NCBI GenBank assembly: GCA_003427395.1
Contig: BFEA01000004.1
Location: forward strand, 5,654,297-5,704,528
Source: Chara braunii
Lineage: Eukaryota > Plantae > Charophyceae
Length of the DNA: 50,232 nt
Reading direction: 5' to 3'
Shown here: positions 1-14,200 of the stretch, one piece after another
Layout: every line of letters starts with the position of its first letter
Position numbering within the stretch: the first letter of the stretch is position 1
The notes under the pieces: model-generated
What the model saw: the letters and a program-made list of their open reading frames with translations, nothing else
Databases searched by the model: none
What the model was told of the DNA's origin: nothing
Position numbers and translations under genes: made by a program

Positions 1-68
<68 letters not shown>
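1..68. repeat. (AG)n microsatellite
   Basis: Perfect AG run. Similar (CT/AG)n or (CA/GT)n tracts lie at ~11213-11274, 30446-30490, 30904-30943, 33343-33386, 35580-35624, 45509-45606 and 50204-50232. Confidence 0.99.
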
Positions 69-73
<5 letters not shown>

Positions 74-928
74 ATCCGTCGGTTGCCTCCACCTTTTTAC
101 TGTTTGTTTTTGTGCGCGAAGCCGCAACAGGTCATTTAGTATTTTACTATTTTTTTAAGAAGTTTATTTGGGAAATGACTCAAATGAGCAGGCTTGACCC
201 CCTCGTCTTCAAAGCATACATGCGGCCAAGGCTGCGCGTGTGGCGCAAAGCTGACGCGTATACGCATGCACACGCACGTGACGCGGCCCATGGCAAAAAG
301 CAGTGTCAAAATAGAAAAGGGGAGGGACGGAGTGTGGTAGAAGCACCCCCCCGCCCCTCCCCTTACAAAAATGCGTTTGGGGCCGCACACGACAAAAGTC
401 AGTGTGTGTGTGTGTGTGTGAGAGAGTTTGAAGTCGTGTGAATCTACAAAACCAGCTCTTTCTGTTTTTCTTTCTTGATTTTGGTTGTATTCACACTAGC
501 ACGCATGTATCTCACAGCATCGGGGCCCTCCCTAGATGTATCTGACTGCAGTCGTGTCCAGAGAAAAGTCGAAGAGTCCTAGTGTTATTGGTATGCCCCA
601 AGTCTGTGTCACCCTTGTGCAGTGGCAGTGCCAGCGGGTATTTCTGACAGTCCCGTTGTGGTTTGTCTTTTCTTTCTCAAATTAGGGTGTACACACACTT
701 GGATCCCGGCGTAAATGTATATGACTGCAGTTATGTCCAGAGAAAAGTGAAAAAGTTCTGGCGTTCGCAGACCCTAGGCGTGTGTCAGCCTTGTCCACCG
801 GCCTCGCAAGTCTTCTCTGTATCGTTTCGATTTGAGGGCCCACAGCGTCGTGACATCGAGGCCCAGAATGTGCTTCCCACATTGAAGTTTCCTTTTCACG
901 TCGGATGTGGTTGTTGCCCAAACACTGT

Positions 929-1050
929 GGGCCTTGCTCCACTACTCTCCAAATGTGCAAAATGAGACTGAATCTTGTGGTAGAACATGGAAAGATACGC
1001 CGCCATATTTGTTGTCTTTTGTGTGCGTGGAGAGTGGTGGAGCTAGGCCC
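929..1050. mobile_element. 122-bp MITE, PIF/Harbinger (Tourist)-like, copy 1
   Basis: TIRs GGGCCTTGCTCCACTACTCTCCA / TGGAGAGTGGTGGAGCTAGGCCC; 3-bp TSD TGT on both sides (926-928, 1051-1053); homologous same-length copy at 49258-49379. Confidence 0.85.
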
Positions 1051-3114
1051 TGTGTTTCATTTTGTTCTTTTTGTTTTCTTGTTTTCTCCCATCATGGCCA
1101 CTTTTTTTTTTTTTTTTTTTTAATTGCGCATCAGTGATCAGTTGCCCTTGGCGTGCGCACCGCACAGCACATGTGCAGCGCAAGTATGCTTCAAACCACC
1201 ACTACCTCTGCCGTCTTAAATTTGGGAGGACTGGTAGCACAGGTTGAAGACTGTTACTGGTAGCATAGCGGGGAGAACCAGGGGAGTGGCAAAAAATGGA
1301 AAATGCATCGAATAACCGGTGCGGTTTATTTCGTGGTTCAAACTTCAAACGATTAAATTTTTTTTTGTTAAAGTTTTCAATATTTTTCCTGGAAATATCA
1401 TGCCCAAATCTATGGACCCTCGATTTTTTATTTTTATTTTATTTTTTAACTATGTTCTTCTCTCAAATTCTTTTTCGCCTTTCACTACCCTATATAGAGG
1501 GGAACCCTGCAAGCACAGGGCCTCGCAAACGAGGTAGTTCATGTTGCCCCCGCCCCAACAGCGGCAGTCAGAGATGGGGTGGGCCCGCCGGTGGGGCTCC
1601 CGTCTAACGCAAAGACTGAGCATTTTGTGTGTGACCCTCAAATTTTCATATTTCTTGACTTATTCTTTTGATTGTGAAAAATCGCTGAAGTTGAGGTACT
1701 TTTCCCGTTGGCCCACACGTTGTAAAGCGGCAAAAATGGAAAATGAGATGAAACGGTGCGGCCTGGCTTTTTATTAGTTTTTTTTTTTTTTTTTTTTTTC
1801 CTGGCCGGACCATGACTTAATCCACAGACCCTCAGTCATTTTTTCTGAGTGCAAAAAGTCGTGGAAGTTGGGGTACTTTTTACGGTGGCCCTCGCGTGGT
1901 AGTGGCAAAAATGGAAAATGTGGTCCAAAATGCTTCCTTTTATTTTTTCCTTTGTTTTTCCCGGAAAGATCACAATCCAAGGATCTCAAAGTTTCAGATT
2001 TTTTCATTGAGCGTGAAAAATTGCCGAAGTTGGCGCTTGAAAATTGACAGACCGGACCTGCCTGCACGGGTCTCCGACTGTTCCGAAAGTAATGGTCTCT
2101 GCACAGTTCACCCGAGAAGCTTTTTTTTTTTTTTTTTATGGGGAGCCCCGCCTAAGTTTAACGAATTTTCAAACTAGCACTCGGGAGCACAAACCCAAAA
2201 TGTCAAACCAGAATCTACATCATTCTTTTTCTTTGCTCTTCTTCTTGCCACGGAGCTCAGCACTGATGACGACAATAATAAACCCCTTGTCTGACGAAGC
2301 GTGATGGTTGCTTGGCACCAGGCCACGGGTCAGGCAAGTTTGGTTGCAGATGGCTTGGATAATTCCTGATTTGGGCCATTGGGTACTCAACCAAGCTGAT
2401 TTGGGCCATTGAGTACTCAGAGCTGCGAGTTTTTGTTCTTTCTTCTGCTTCCTCTCCTTTCTGAGGATGACGGTAGATTTATGGTTCTGAGGTGGTCCAA
2501 CCCTCGACCTTTCGCTGCTTCCACATGTTAGCAGAGTAATTGCAGGGCTCTGCTTGCTCTATTTTAGGTAAGAAGGATGATGAGCAATTTCATCCAAAGT
2601 CGGCCTATGGCAGCCCAGGATGGATCTACCAAGTGAATTAATATTAGTCATGGAGTGTATATGAGGGCAAACGTGGCAGCGACGATGACAAAAAATTTGA
2701 AAAAAAAAGGGCTCCTAGTACAGGTACTGCACACATTGGGAATGAGGCAGGGAAGGAGTGGTAAGGTGGGTGTGAAAAATTAACAAACTGTTGAAAGGGG
2801 AAAAAAAAATGACATCGCATACGACAAGAAGAACAATACCTGGACATTGGACATTGCATGGTCTTTGATCTGATTGCAGTTGATGGGAATGACACAGGGA
2901 TGGAGGAAGCCAAGAGAGAAATCTAGAGGACTCGAAACCATGTAAAAGTATGTGATTATGTAGTCAAATAAAAGTAAGTGCCCATTTTGCATTTATCTTA
3001 CGCATAGTTGAACTTTGTGAGCGGCCAATAAGTGTGCACAGATATAAGCAATCCAACTGCAATGTGCATTACATGATTACACATTTCTGTCTTTCGAACG
3101 AAGCAACCCAACCG

Positions 3115-3242
3115 CTCCACTCTTCATTCATGTAAATAAATTAACCTCTCCACTCTTCATTCATGTAAGTAAATCAATCGTTCCACTCTTCATTAATGTA
3201 AATAAATTAACTCCGCTCTTCATTAATGTATATAAATTAACT
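3115..3242. repeat. ~31-bp minisatellite, 4 copies
   Basis: CTCCACTCTTCATT(C/A)ATGTAAATAAATTAAC repeated in tandem. Confidence 0.9.
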
Positions 3243-4232
3243 TCAAAAAACCGGTGTCATGGCCCGCGCCAGTTCACACGCGGTCGCAGTTGAATTGGGT
3301 CCTCCAGGGTGGAACCAGCCCCAGTTGGGGGGGTTCGATCTGGAGAATCCTCACTTAGCCATTTTTTTTGTTTTAATCACGTTAAACGAAAGAAATGGAA
3401 AATAGAAAACCGTAGGGGGTATCTGCTGCTTTATGTGGGGGCTTTGTTACCTGAAAAAGTTGCCCTTCGACACCCCACCGCCACCGCCACCGGCGACACC
3501 CCCATGATGGATTGGAAGTCTGTGGGTGGCCACATTCCAGCGTCTGGGAGATGAGGATGAGGAAAGAAATGACATGACAATGCAAATGCTAAGCACACAC
3601 GGCTGCTCCTGGTAAAAGCAATGAGCTTCCACACTGCAAATCCTGATATCTTTCAGCTGCCGCCACACAGCCACCTCTGAGCAACCCTGAGATCTTTCAG
3701 CTGCTGCCACTCGGCCATCTTCAGGGTGCACAACCTTCTTTGTGCGTTCACGATTGCGGCTCCCTGCCAACCCTTTGCTTTGAATGCAGCTTCCTCGTCT
3801 TTGGAACCAAGGAAAACGCAAAAGAATGGCCAAAAGGATGCATCATCTTGTCGACTGTTCACTTATGCGGTTCGGCGGAGGCCTACGCCCTGACCTTAGT
3901 TGGACAAGTGACTCAGTCATATCTTAGACCGAGAATATCGAAGCCGCTACCCTCGAGTCCTTCGCTTGTTCCAGAACAAACCTGGCACTGGAAACATTCC
4001 AATTGCGGTATGTAAAACATGCCTCCGACAGCAGTAAATGAGTGGTCAGGGTTAGAGACATCTGAAAACAAGCACGTTCTCTTTTTTTATTAATGCAAAC
4101 AAGTGGTCCCACCGTGACTTCGCTCGCGGCTGGAGTGGTGGGTTGCATGTCAAGAAGGGGATACTGCCCGTGCTTCTTTGATTATTTCTGATCATCTACG
4201 TGGTAGGGCTGGGGTGTGTTAAACACACATGA

Positions 4233-4235
<3 letters not shown>

Positions 4236-4323
<88 letters not shown>

Positions 4324-4324
4324 N

Positions 4325-4408
<84 letters not shown>
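4236..4408. repeat. (CT)n microsatellite
   Basis: Long CT run containing one N; source of the spurious LSLS/ERER ORFs. Confidence 0.99.
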
Positions 4409-4410
<2 letters not shown>

Positions 4411-5499
4411 CGCGTGCGCTCGATCTCGATCTCGATGTCGATCTCAGTTTGAACAGCCCATGAGCAAAAGATGGGAAATATGGTGGTGTAAGATTCACTC
4501 TCGTTTTCCTGATGTGCTGGCATGGATAGTGCAGCGAGGACATACATTATGACAACGACACCTGGTGCCACGAGAGTACATCACGTGTCAAGAAAATGGT
4601 AGAAACAAGGGAATAAAAGCATTCCGCAAAGGCGTGCACTCCCCCCAGAAGAATAACACTTCATATTTTTCTGTCCACATACAGGCTATCCCCAATGAGA
4701 CTGCTCCCAAAACGCCAGGAAAGGTGTGGACCCAAAAAAAAAACAAAAAAAAAAAACTTACCGTCTATAGAGAGGAATTATGATGGTGTGCTTTTTTCCA
4801 TCTTCGAGCGGAGGACTTGGTTCCATTTTGCACGTTTAGAGAGAAGTGGTGTGAGGCCCACAGCCCCCCCCAACGAAGATGTTTTCAGTCAGCTGCGGCC
4901 ACTTGCAGTTCAGTGCTTCCAGAACGTCGGCCGGTTTTCTCTTCACATGAGCACCAAGAAAAGGGATCTCTCATCCCGGCGGTCGTCGTTGTCCTGGTGC
5001 CACCTCTGCTTTCGGTTTCTGCTGGGCCTGTGGGTAGGCTGTTATGCAGGGACTGGATTTACTTTCAGAAGGATTCAGTGTAAGAGTCACGTAAACTTGA
5101 CGGCCCGAAGGGTGAATTCTGCCTGCGTACCCTTCAGGACCAAAGAGTCAGAATATTAGCGAAGCACGTAAGACATCAAATATCAAACATCAGTAACCTA
5201 TCTTCAGTAGAAACTCAAGAAAAAAAAAACAAAAACTACAAAACTTATCACAATCCAAAACAGGGAAAGTTGTAGATCGAAAGGGATGTCTGCAGCGCTA
5301 TTGCTAAAACTTTCTACAGCGACAAACATCTACCTCCAATCTACATTTCAAACAATAACTTGTGCGTGAATTCCTGCTGCCCACCCTAAGGCTTCAAAAA
5401 CCTCAGGTGGATTGGTCTCACCAACTGTTATGGAAACCCTTTCAGTCAAAACATCATTTCACGGTTAAGGCATGTCTTCGGATCACATGCGGTACAATT

Positions 5500-8400
5500 G
5501 TTTTCGCATCAGTTTGATGCAAGTAACGAGGTATGACAACACTTTTTCATAGCACGCTGCCAAATCATTGGTAAAATTGCCCAATTATTGATAAGGCGGC
5601 CCAAATAGGAAAGTAAGTTTATACTTTTGACATATACTCCTGCCACATTGTCCCCTCGTTTTTTTATATCTGCCTCATTGGAAGAAGTGGGTTGTGGGAG
5701 GAGTCTAAGCTGGCAACCCAAGAAATTGTAGGTAAGCATTCAACCATCTGCATGTAGCAGAGTGAGTGTGTGTTGAGATTTCAAAGTTATTGTTCCGCAA
5801 ATTACCCAATCCTCCCAGGAAATGTTTTTCTTTTTTTTCCTTTTTTTTTTTTGACTCAAGAAAGGTACATAGGATACAGGGGAGGGGAGGTGAATCCTCT
5901 CCCCCGAACATAGCGCAAATGCATTGCAAATGAATAAAACAAATAGGTTGTTTTCTATTCGAATACAATGAATGTGCGCTCTACCGCATATGCGTTTTAT
6001 TCAAATACAACTGTAGGTGTTGAAAATGAATACAATGGATATGTTGCTTTATTGAGTTGCCTTTTTTTTTTTTTAATACAGCGCATATGTGTAGAAATGC
6101 AGTTGTAACTTTTGTTCGAAAACAATATAATGCATATGCATTGTTTTTGGGGGAAGATTGTAGCGTTTGTTTTTGAACACCGAGCATGACGTTTTTGCAA
6201 ACTACGATCAACATGAAATACACTAATGATTGCAAAATGTTCATGGGAATAATTTCATTCTTTGAGCGATATTGAAAATCATCACACATCTTATTCTCAT
6301 ATTGTTCAAAGAAACGGACCAGATTGCTCATTGGACCAAACGCATGAACCATAAAAAATATTTTATGAAGTTTTTTAGATATGTAACCGCGACAGACTTT
6401 ATGCATTGATCGTATGTATCGTCGGTGTGCAAAAGTCACAATAAAAGGTACATCGATTGAAATGAATCGCGATCGATTTCGTCCACCGTACGAATTTCGG
6501 TAAAAGAGCACACCCCGCGAGAATGTTCATGGTTAAGGAACACACACAGATTAAATCGTTCGTTTTTTTTTATCCTTACATAATACAACCATTGTGAAGA
6601 TCGTGTTTTTTTTTCGGTTGCCCTTGTGTTTGTTATCCCACATATGAGAATGAATGATCTTTGGATTGAGAGGAAATTTCTCTTTAGGAACACCTTCATT
6701 CAAACAGTTGTGTGTTTCATCCATACCTTCAATTTTATTTTTGGGGGCATGCGAAAGAATGCCATGCTCGGTGTCAGGTTGAAATTGCATTTTTTGCATG
6801 TTTTCGATATGCATAGACGATCTTTCCACCGACGTAAGGTTGAACACAAATAAACGTTTACATGAATCCCACGCATTTAAAATGCGCATATCTTAATACG
6901 ATTTGACTTAATTAATGAGTGTATTATTATCTTGCTCATAAACCATAACATGATCATACTATTTGTATACGTCCTTATATGCATACTTGCACGTTTTGAT
7001 GTTAGCACAATATTTCCTTTAAGTGGTGATTAAACCTCATTAACAAATACAAGTTATTTGGGGTTAGACGTCGACTATCGCAAAGGACACAATTTTGGGC
7101 AATTGTTGAGTCATAGTCAATTGGTTTCCTTCTCCTATACAAAGGGTACGTTTGTCCGTCTTTGAATGTCGTCGATGAAATGAAATGTTTATGAAACACT
7201 CTTGTGCATATTTTGTCTACCATATACGTAGCACCACGTTTTTGCTCACCGCAAATGTTGTGTAACATGAACGTCATAACCTTTTCTCTCAGTTCTCTTT
7301 CGGAGGAATGACGACACACACCATATTGTCAACAACATCCGCATCCCGAATTTTATCATTCGGATGGAAGATAACAAATATATGTGTGTATGGTAGACCT
7401 TTTTTTTTTTAACTCAACTATCAAAGATCCATTTGTTTTTTATCTCATCAATCAGTTGAGCGAAACAACCCTTGAATATTCACGGGAGAAGATTCGGTCT
7501 GTCGTTCGGAAATTGACCTTACAACAGGGTTTGTTTGATATTCAATTAGTTAGTGTTGCACGTCTGAGTGATGAAATAATCTGATTTTTCGAATCGCTCT
7601 ATGATTGTCATGCTATCATGATATCTTTCACTCATATATCAGAAGCCCCTAGTGATTGTTAATGATAAATTGTTTTTTGTTCAAACATCGTCACCATGTT
7701 GATTTTGTTGCACAACATCTTGCAAACCTTGATACATATTCAAGCGCAATTGTTTTTGGTGGAATCTCTCATTTATTTTAAGCAGAGGGATTCAACTTTA
7801 GTGTATATCATGCAACAAAATTCATGGAAGAGATGGGCTGCATAAAGCAGTCAAAGTTTTTCACCATCTCGTTCGTGAAGGTAAAATGCATATTACTCCT
7901 TCGCACTAAGTCATAGCGACCATCCAACTTCGGAGACACATCGGATAGACAAACAATCAATTCCCGCCGGGAAAAGCAAAACCAACTTTAAGCAGTCGTC
8001 CGCTCGATAAGATTTTGGAACTACAACCATCGGTCGCTCACCCGGAATGGGAGCACGCAAACGAATCTTGAACTCACGAGGAAAAAGTTCATCGACCATC
8101 AGAATACAAATCTTTTGTAGACCCAAAGGTCGGTTATAACGTCTTGCATGCTCCTCTGCTGATACGACATCCAAATTTATGTTCAAGTTCCTCTTATTCA
8201 CAATTTTGCAGGAAGGTCGACAACCGTCATGTAATTGTTACATTGTTATAGTAATTCATGAAACTTTTTTAATATATGCTTATTTCGATGAAGTTCGACG
8301 TTGGATGTACGTGCAAACAAATTCATGAAATTTACTCTTTGAACAATTGCATCATCCAAAATTAAGGATCGTGCAAATAAAGTTGTGCAAACCGAGGACG

Positions 8401-9800
8401 TTCCCCTTATCCCCCAGCCGACGCACTGAGACGATGAAAGATTGCACCGTGAGCTCGAATTTGGTCATGAAATCCTTCAATATCCTTGTTTGATTGCTTT
8501 AACTGCGAGGATGTGAGCGATAAACTATCATTGATCATCCTCGCATTGTTACGAAGGAACCGACCGTCCAAAGTTTGAGAAGTCTAAAGGGAAAAAATCT
8601 CATTTTCTAGGGAGTCTTCACACGACAATTATCAGAAACGACAACGATTTGCACCTTTTCTGAAACACATCGTCGTCTATTTTTTTTTTTGATGTCACAA
8701 TTTAGCATCGCAATGCTGACATACTTATCGATCGCCAATGTCGAACGGTTCAACTTCTCAAGGATTGTCACGGTGTTCTTAACCGTTGCATACGTTGTTG
8801 CCACAACTGTGGAAGGGAGAATTAAGATACGAAATAGTAACATCATCCGATTCATTGGTCACTTCGTTACGACTATTTTACTCGTTATCGTCATGATTGT
8901 TCATCGAATTGCGATTTGTCACGGATGCATTTTGCGGTTGCCTCGCGGGAGAGAATAACTTCAGGATTGCCTCGCTCAAGAATAATGAATTTGCGATTGT
9001 GTTGCAGGAGAAGATGGACTCCTGGATTGTGCAGAGCTGCTCACTTCAATCTCTCAAATAACATTCATAGTGAACAACCTTCGTCTCAGACCTTGCACAA
9101 AACCTTTGGTTGCACGCAAAAAAGAATTATCCTATGATTCTTAATTTTTGCTCTCAATGCACATATATTATTGATGCGCAATTGTCGAAACAATAACATA
9201 TAGTGCCGTCTGTTGTGCTTTAAACAAATCGGTTTGTATAGTTATAATCATCTTTGTTGATTATAAAATCCAACATTATAATTTATGTGTTCGGCGAATT
9301 TGATTGGGTTACAGCAGCGGTAGATTGATATGCATCAACATTTGTCATCGGAGCACAAAGTTTCAAACGATGCACGATTTATTGATGCACAGTTGTCGAA
9401 ACAATAATATACGGTACCATATGGTGTGCTTTAAACGAATCGGTTTGTATACTAATAATTTTCTTCGTCGATTATAAAATTCAACATTATAATCAATACG
9501 TTTGACGAATTTGATTGGGTTACAGCAGCGGAAGATTGATATGCACGAACATTTGTCATCGGAGCACAAAGGTTAGTCTTCACACGTCTTTGTTGGACAT
9601 CGACAATCAATGTCGACGATGAACAATTGTGTACATGTGGCGAGTGCGAAGCACCGTCATCTTAACTTACCATCAGTTGTTTCTCTCTCTTCTGACCAGC
9701 CGCCTCGCCTTCAACACCCACCATTTGTGCTAAATCCCTCCGGGTCCGACGACTTTGTGAAGGTGGTGGTTCACGTTTGCGTTGTTCATATTGTGATGAC
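5500..9800 (-). mobile_element. Decayed Helitron Rep/Pif1-helicase coding remnant
   Basis: Minus-strand fragments resemble Helitron RepHel motifs in the expected order: CVSEKVQ (CCxxGKV), IRAHGAIFHR, GERPRFAQLYLHD (~8370-8410), RRYNRP...LLFPAG..GW (7911-8201), HNICG...YPLYRRR...DSRRLTPNNLYLLMRFNHH (7002-7319), KYAYKDVYK, NAWDSCKRLFVF (6551-6889) and KMCDDF (5981-6511). Many stops and frameshifts. Termini not found; boundaries are approximate. Confidence 0.85.
9157..9571. repeat. Diverged tandem duplication (~211-bp period) upstream of the Helitron Rep motifs
   Basis: Both units end in TTTGTCATCGGAGCACAAAG (9360 and 9571); the minus strand encodes Cys-rich CSDDKCxCISIxRCCNPIKF. Confidence 0.85.
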
Positions 9801-10739
9801 ATCGGTGTCTCAGTCATAAAGTGACAGAGAGTTACGCCCTAATCTATATGCTATCCCAATGCATGGTTGGATTAGGAAGAATGACGGTCTAATGAAGATA
9901 AACAGACTTGATCGACAACATGGAAGGTCAATGAGTGTGATACTATTGGCGAAGATAACAAGGGATCATTAGCAACTCATTCACAACGCCAGAGGCGTTT
10001 GCGACTTTTCCACAAAAAATGCGAAGACTTATCCGCAGGTGAAGAGGAGGTTAGAATGGTGAATAAATAATTATTGGTTGAACCCTCACGTGGACCTTTG
10101 TCCTCCGCCATATATAATGGTACATACATATATATTTGTATATGACTCTAACACATATGCTTAAGGTTATGAGGAAAACGTGCATATAGAAAACTGGATA
10201 AAAAATAAATCAGAACATGAATATGTGATGTAATTATAAAAAGAAGAGTAATATAATGTCAAGTAAGAAAAAAAAAAAAAAAAAAACGTAGTGTAGGGAT
10301 TAACAGAGCATAGGCAACCGCACCGGAAAAAAAACAAAGAAAATAAAGGGTCAATTTTTTTATTTTTATTTTTAGTGCTTTAATATTGCAAAGGTACATC
10401 TTTTTACGAAGATCGTTTTTTTAACATGCGCTCAACCCGACAGGGTCCGCTTTCAGGTTCGTGCAAACGTTAAATTCACACCGTAACTTATTTGGACTCC
10501 TATCGAGGTTAATCAAGGTGCTTCCTACTTTTTCCCCATGCCTTAATCGAAAAAACAATAGTTTTTTTTTCTTACGTTTGGTTTGTGATCCTATACACCC
10601 CTTAGTCTTCTTAGGGCCCCATACGATAGAGTCATACGCACCTCGTTTGTCCATGTTTGTTGTTTGTCATTTTTTCGCGTGACTCACTTTGCTGTTCGTA
10701 CAAATTTGTCATTGGGATTGAAACTTCTTTTGACGCTAA

Positions 10740-11095
10740 TCCACCTCTGCCTCCATCACCCATCCTCCATAGCCAGCTATCGTCACATTTCCTCACCCAT
10801 CCACCATACCCAATCACCTCACACCTTTTTCTTCCTCATCCATCTTCCATAGCCAACCACCTCCGCACCTTGTTCCTCCTCTATCTTCATCACACATCCA
10901 CCATAGCCAACCACCTCACACCTTCTTCTTCCTCTACCTCCATCGTTCATCCACCATAGCCAACCACCTTTACACCTTCCTCCGCCATCTCCATCACCCA
11001 TCCACACCATAGTCAACCACCTTACGCTCTTCCTCCTCCATCTCCATCACCCATCCACCATAGTCGACTACCTCACATATTCTTCCTCCGCCACC
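10740..11095. repeat. Degenerate C/A/T-rich tandem repeat
   Basis: Recurring CCATAGCCAACCACCTC...CTTCCTCC...CCATCCA at ~50-55-bp spacing. Confidence 0.8.
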
Positions 11096-11209
11096 TAAGT
11101 GGTCGACCGACACCATGTTCAAAGGAGTGTAGGATTGAGGGACATAGAAGACGTCTTAAGTAAAACGACAGGGCGAGTAGGGGATAAGGCTTGGATATAC
11201 ACAAGGAGG

Positions 11210-11279
<70 letters not shown>

Positions 11280-14200
11280 TTCGCCGACTCCCCATCATCT
11301 ACCCGTCACGTACTCTATGTCTAATCTGAAACCTCCTCTCTCTGTTTCTTTTGGCGTGCGTCTAAACCTTCTCCACTCACTTGTCACATTGTCAAGGGAC
11401 GAACGGTGAAAGAACTTTAGCCTCACTTGGCGGAAAGAGAGGGCAAGGAGAGGGTTGTCGGTCCCTTGCACCACCAAGAAGGGAAAATGTTTGAGGATTG
11501 GAAAAACTGGAGAGCTCAAAGGACTTGAGGATATGTAAGAATTTGAGGATTGACAAGTTTCGAGGCTTGAAAAAACTCGCTATTGAAAGAAAGGTCAGTG
11601 GACTCGACCAACATCCCGACTGCATGTGAAAGAGAAGGGGATGTAATGGGCAATGGGAAGGAATGGAGAAGGAAAAAAACACGGGACAAAAAAAAAAAAG
11701 CACGCGGGAGGGATAATGTGTTGATCCCGAATGTGGGTTGTACCTGTCTATATTACATCGAGTGTGCATGTGAGTAACCTTAGGATAGCTTGAGCGGGAT
11801 AGCGCCCGGAGAGGCCGGGCGACGAAAGGGGACTGAAGCTGAATGTAACCCTCCAACATGAATGAGTTATTGTGCATACTGTCCCACTTGTGAAAGAAAA
11901 TGTGGTCTGAATGGTTGAAAGGATGCGAAAGCAACGGGTAACTGTGCGGATCACCAAGTCATATGAAAGTGTGGGGGGTACCCGAAAAAACTAAGGAAAG
12001 TATAGGGAAGCAACAAAACATGATTTATGATGCATGAGATAGAGGAAGTTTGCACATAGATCGTTAGAGGATGAAGCTGAAGGGCGTTCCTCTACGTCAA
12101 TGACGTCGTTAGACCCTGCAATTAGTGAATGGATGTGTGGCTCAATGAGGGTGCTTGGCGTATGCATGAAGCCTTCAAAGAATCCCTCGACTGCATGAGT
12201 ATTGAAGGTGCAATTGCTTGAGAACACAATGAGGCATCAAAGAATGAACGCTTGCGACGGATCAACAAGATTACCTACCTAGCACGAAAGTTGAGCTACA
12301 TCCTCAATGCCAAAGTTCTCTCACTCGCTCAACGACCTTCATCTATCTCAAAGCACTAGGTGGGGTGGACCTTGTGACGAATGACCCCACGTCTCGACCA
12401 TGAGCGTGAGCGCAGCTGAGCCGAGCCAACTGAGACCCGATCAAAGGGTCGACTCAGGCTCAAAAGTTTAACAGGATGGGGCCCTACACCGTGTTCACAT
12501 GTGTGTGATTGCATGCCATCTTAACCAAGAACGCTCATTATAAGTTCATACAAGACTACACGTTGTTGCCTTACCGTAAGAGGTCAGTTCCCCGGCTCAA
12601 CCCTCACTCAACCTCGACACGCACACTTTGCATCGACCTCTGTACTAAAAGACATTTCTGATTTTTTTGTCATTGTCTAAAGGGTCTGTATTTGGTTCAA
12701 AATGGTCCTTCCATGACTAAAGTTGGATGAGACTAAATGACTAAAGTCCTATACGGGTGAAAGTGAACAAGCGGTTGACTCTGTTAGAATTGTGTAATGT
12801 ATTTGACTTTTGTTTGCAGGTCGGTAAAACGATATTCCATGCGTTATGCATCGTGTAGCTCATGTCGATAAACTTATGTTATTCCGAGTCTTGACTCAAA
12901 CACTTCATCGATGTGTAATGGTTGTACATTTGGTTTGGATATCCGACTTTTATATCCCTTGATATTAAATATATTAGGATCATTGGCAAAACCAGGAGCC
13001 TCATACATTTCATATTTCAGTGAAAGACTTCGAGCGTGTTTGATTTTTCATGTGTGATTGAAAGGCCAGAAGCCTATTATTTGTTTCTCTTCCAAAGGAC
13101 AAAGCTTTGTGCATTCTGATATTTATCTTTGCTTGTGTTAAAATATACAAATATCTCCTTGCCTTTACGTCTCAATCTGTGAAGTCTACTCATTACATCT
13201 ATATTGATTGCAAAAAGTTTGTACAACATAGATAATTTATGGGTTAAGGATAAATAGATTAAAACTTTGTATGCGTGAAAGTTCGTCAGTCAAATCGACC
13301 TGATTCGTATGTCGTTCAGGGAGATCAGCACCTCGATGCCCGACACATGTATAAGTTAGTCTTAAGCGTTTTACCATGCGTATGCCTATGCTGAGGCGAC
13401 CGAGCAAATGCCCTTCACTGACTTAGCTCTGCGATTGCAAGTAAAATCCTTCGCATGTAGGCAGATCAGCAGTGATACGCTTTCTTAAGGGTGGGGACAA
13501 CCTCTCAAGTAGAGGTGAGTTGTACCTCACGAAACTCTGTCCTATCGCAGGAAGCCGTGAGAGGTACAACTGTCACGCACGATCGGAGTGGCATCACCAT
13601 TGACTCAAACGCGAGGCTCTACTCCTAAGTTACACGACCGTGAGGTCCGACACTTCTCGCAGGGTGTGGGCCCGCCGTGCCCGACATCGGTACCTCCAGT
13701 CTCGGTAGGCGCGCCATAGCGGATAGCTGAGGGTTGGTCTGCATAGCTGGGCGAGGTACTAGGGGTTTAAGGGAAGACGAAATTGCCAATCAGTTTCACG
13801 TATTCCACCATCACGTACCACAACACAATGTTGTGACTCCTGAACACATGCTCACATTAAAGTAGCACTTAAACAAAAACAGTAACCACTATTTTCGTCA
13901 GTCGTGAATGAATATGACTGCGATGACGTTCAAAGTTTTGAAGAAAGCGCCCTCCTATCACTATTGTTGTATCTAGATCAAAATTTGGTACAAATATAGC
14001 TATAATGATCAGACGCTTCATCTTGGTGAGACGGTAGTGTGAGTATGCCCTCAAAGAAATAGCATGTCACAACCTGAAATCATATGATTCTCTTTCGATG
14101 GAACTACGTCCTACGCCCATAAAACATTGGCACAACCCATTGATAAATAAGATTATCACGCATATTAAAGGTTTAATTGCACCACTTGCTCACTCGCCAT

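Noticed and set aside
1483-1904. CACTA element (CACTACC...GGTAGTG)
   Set aside because: Only a 7-bp match with no 3-bp TSD. The surrounding region has repeated GGCAAAAATGGAAAATG motifs but no definable ends.
2263-2300. CTGATGA followed by a GACAA/TTGTC hairpin
   Set aside because: No GAAA in register after the stem and no stems I/III.
4182-4571. ERER/LSLS/YIYI ORFs and the ORFs spanning the N gap (33280-34369)
   Set aside because: Artefacts of microsatellites and ambiguous bases.
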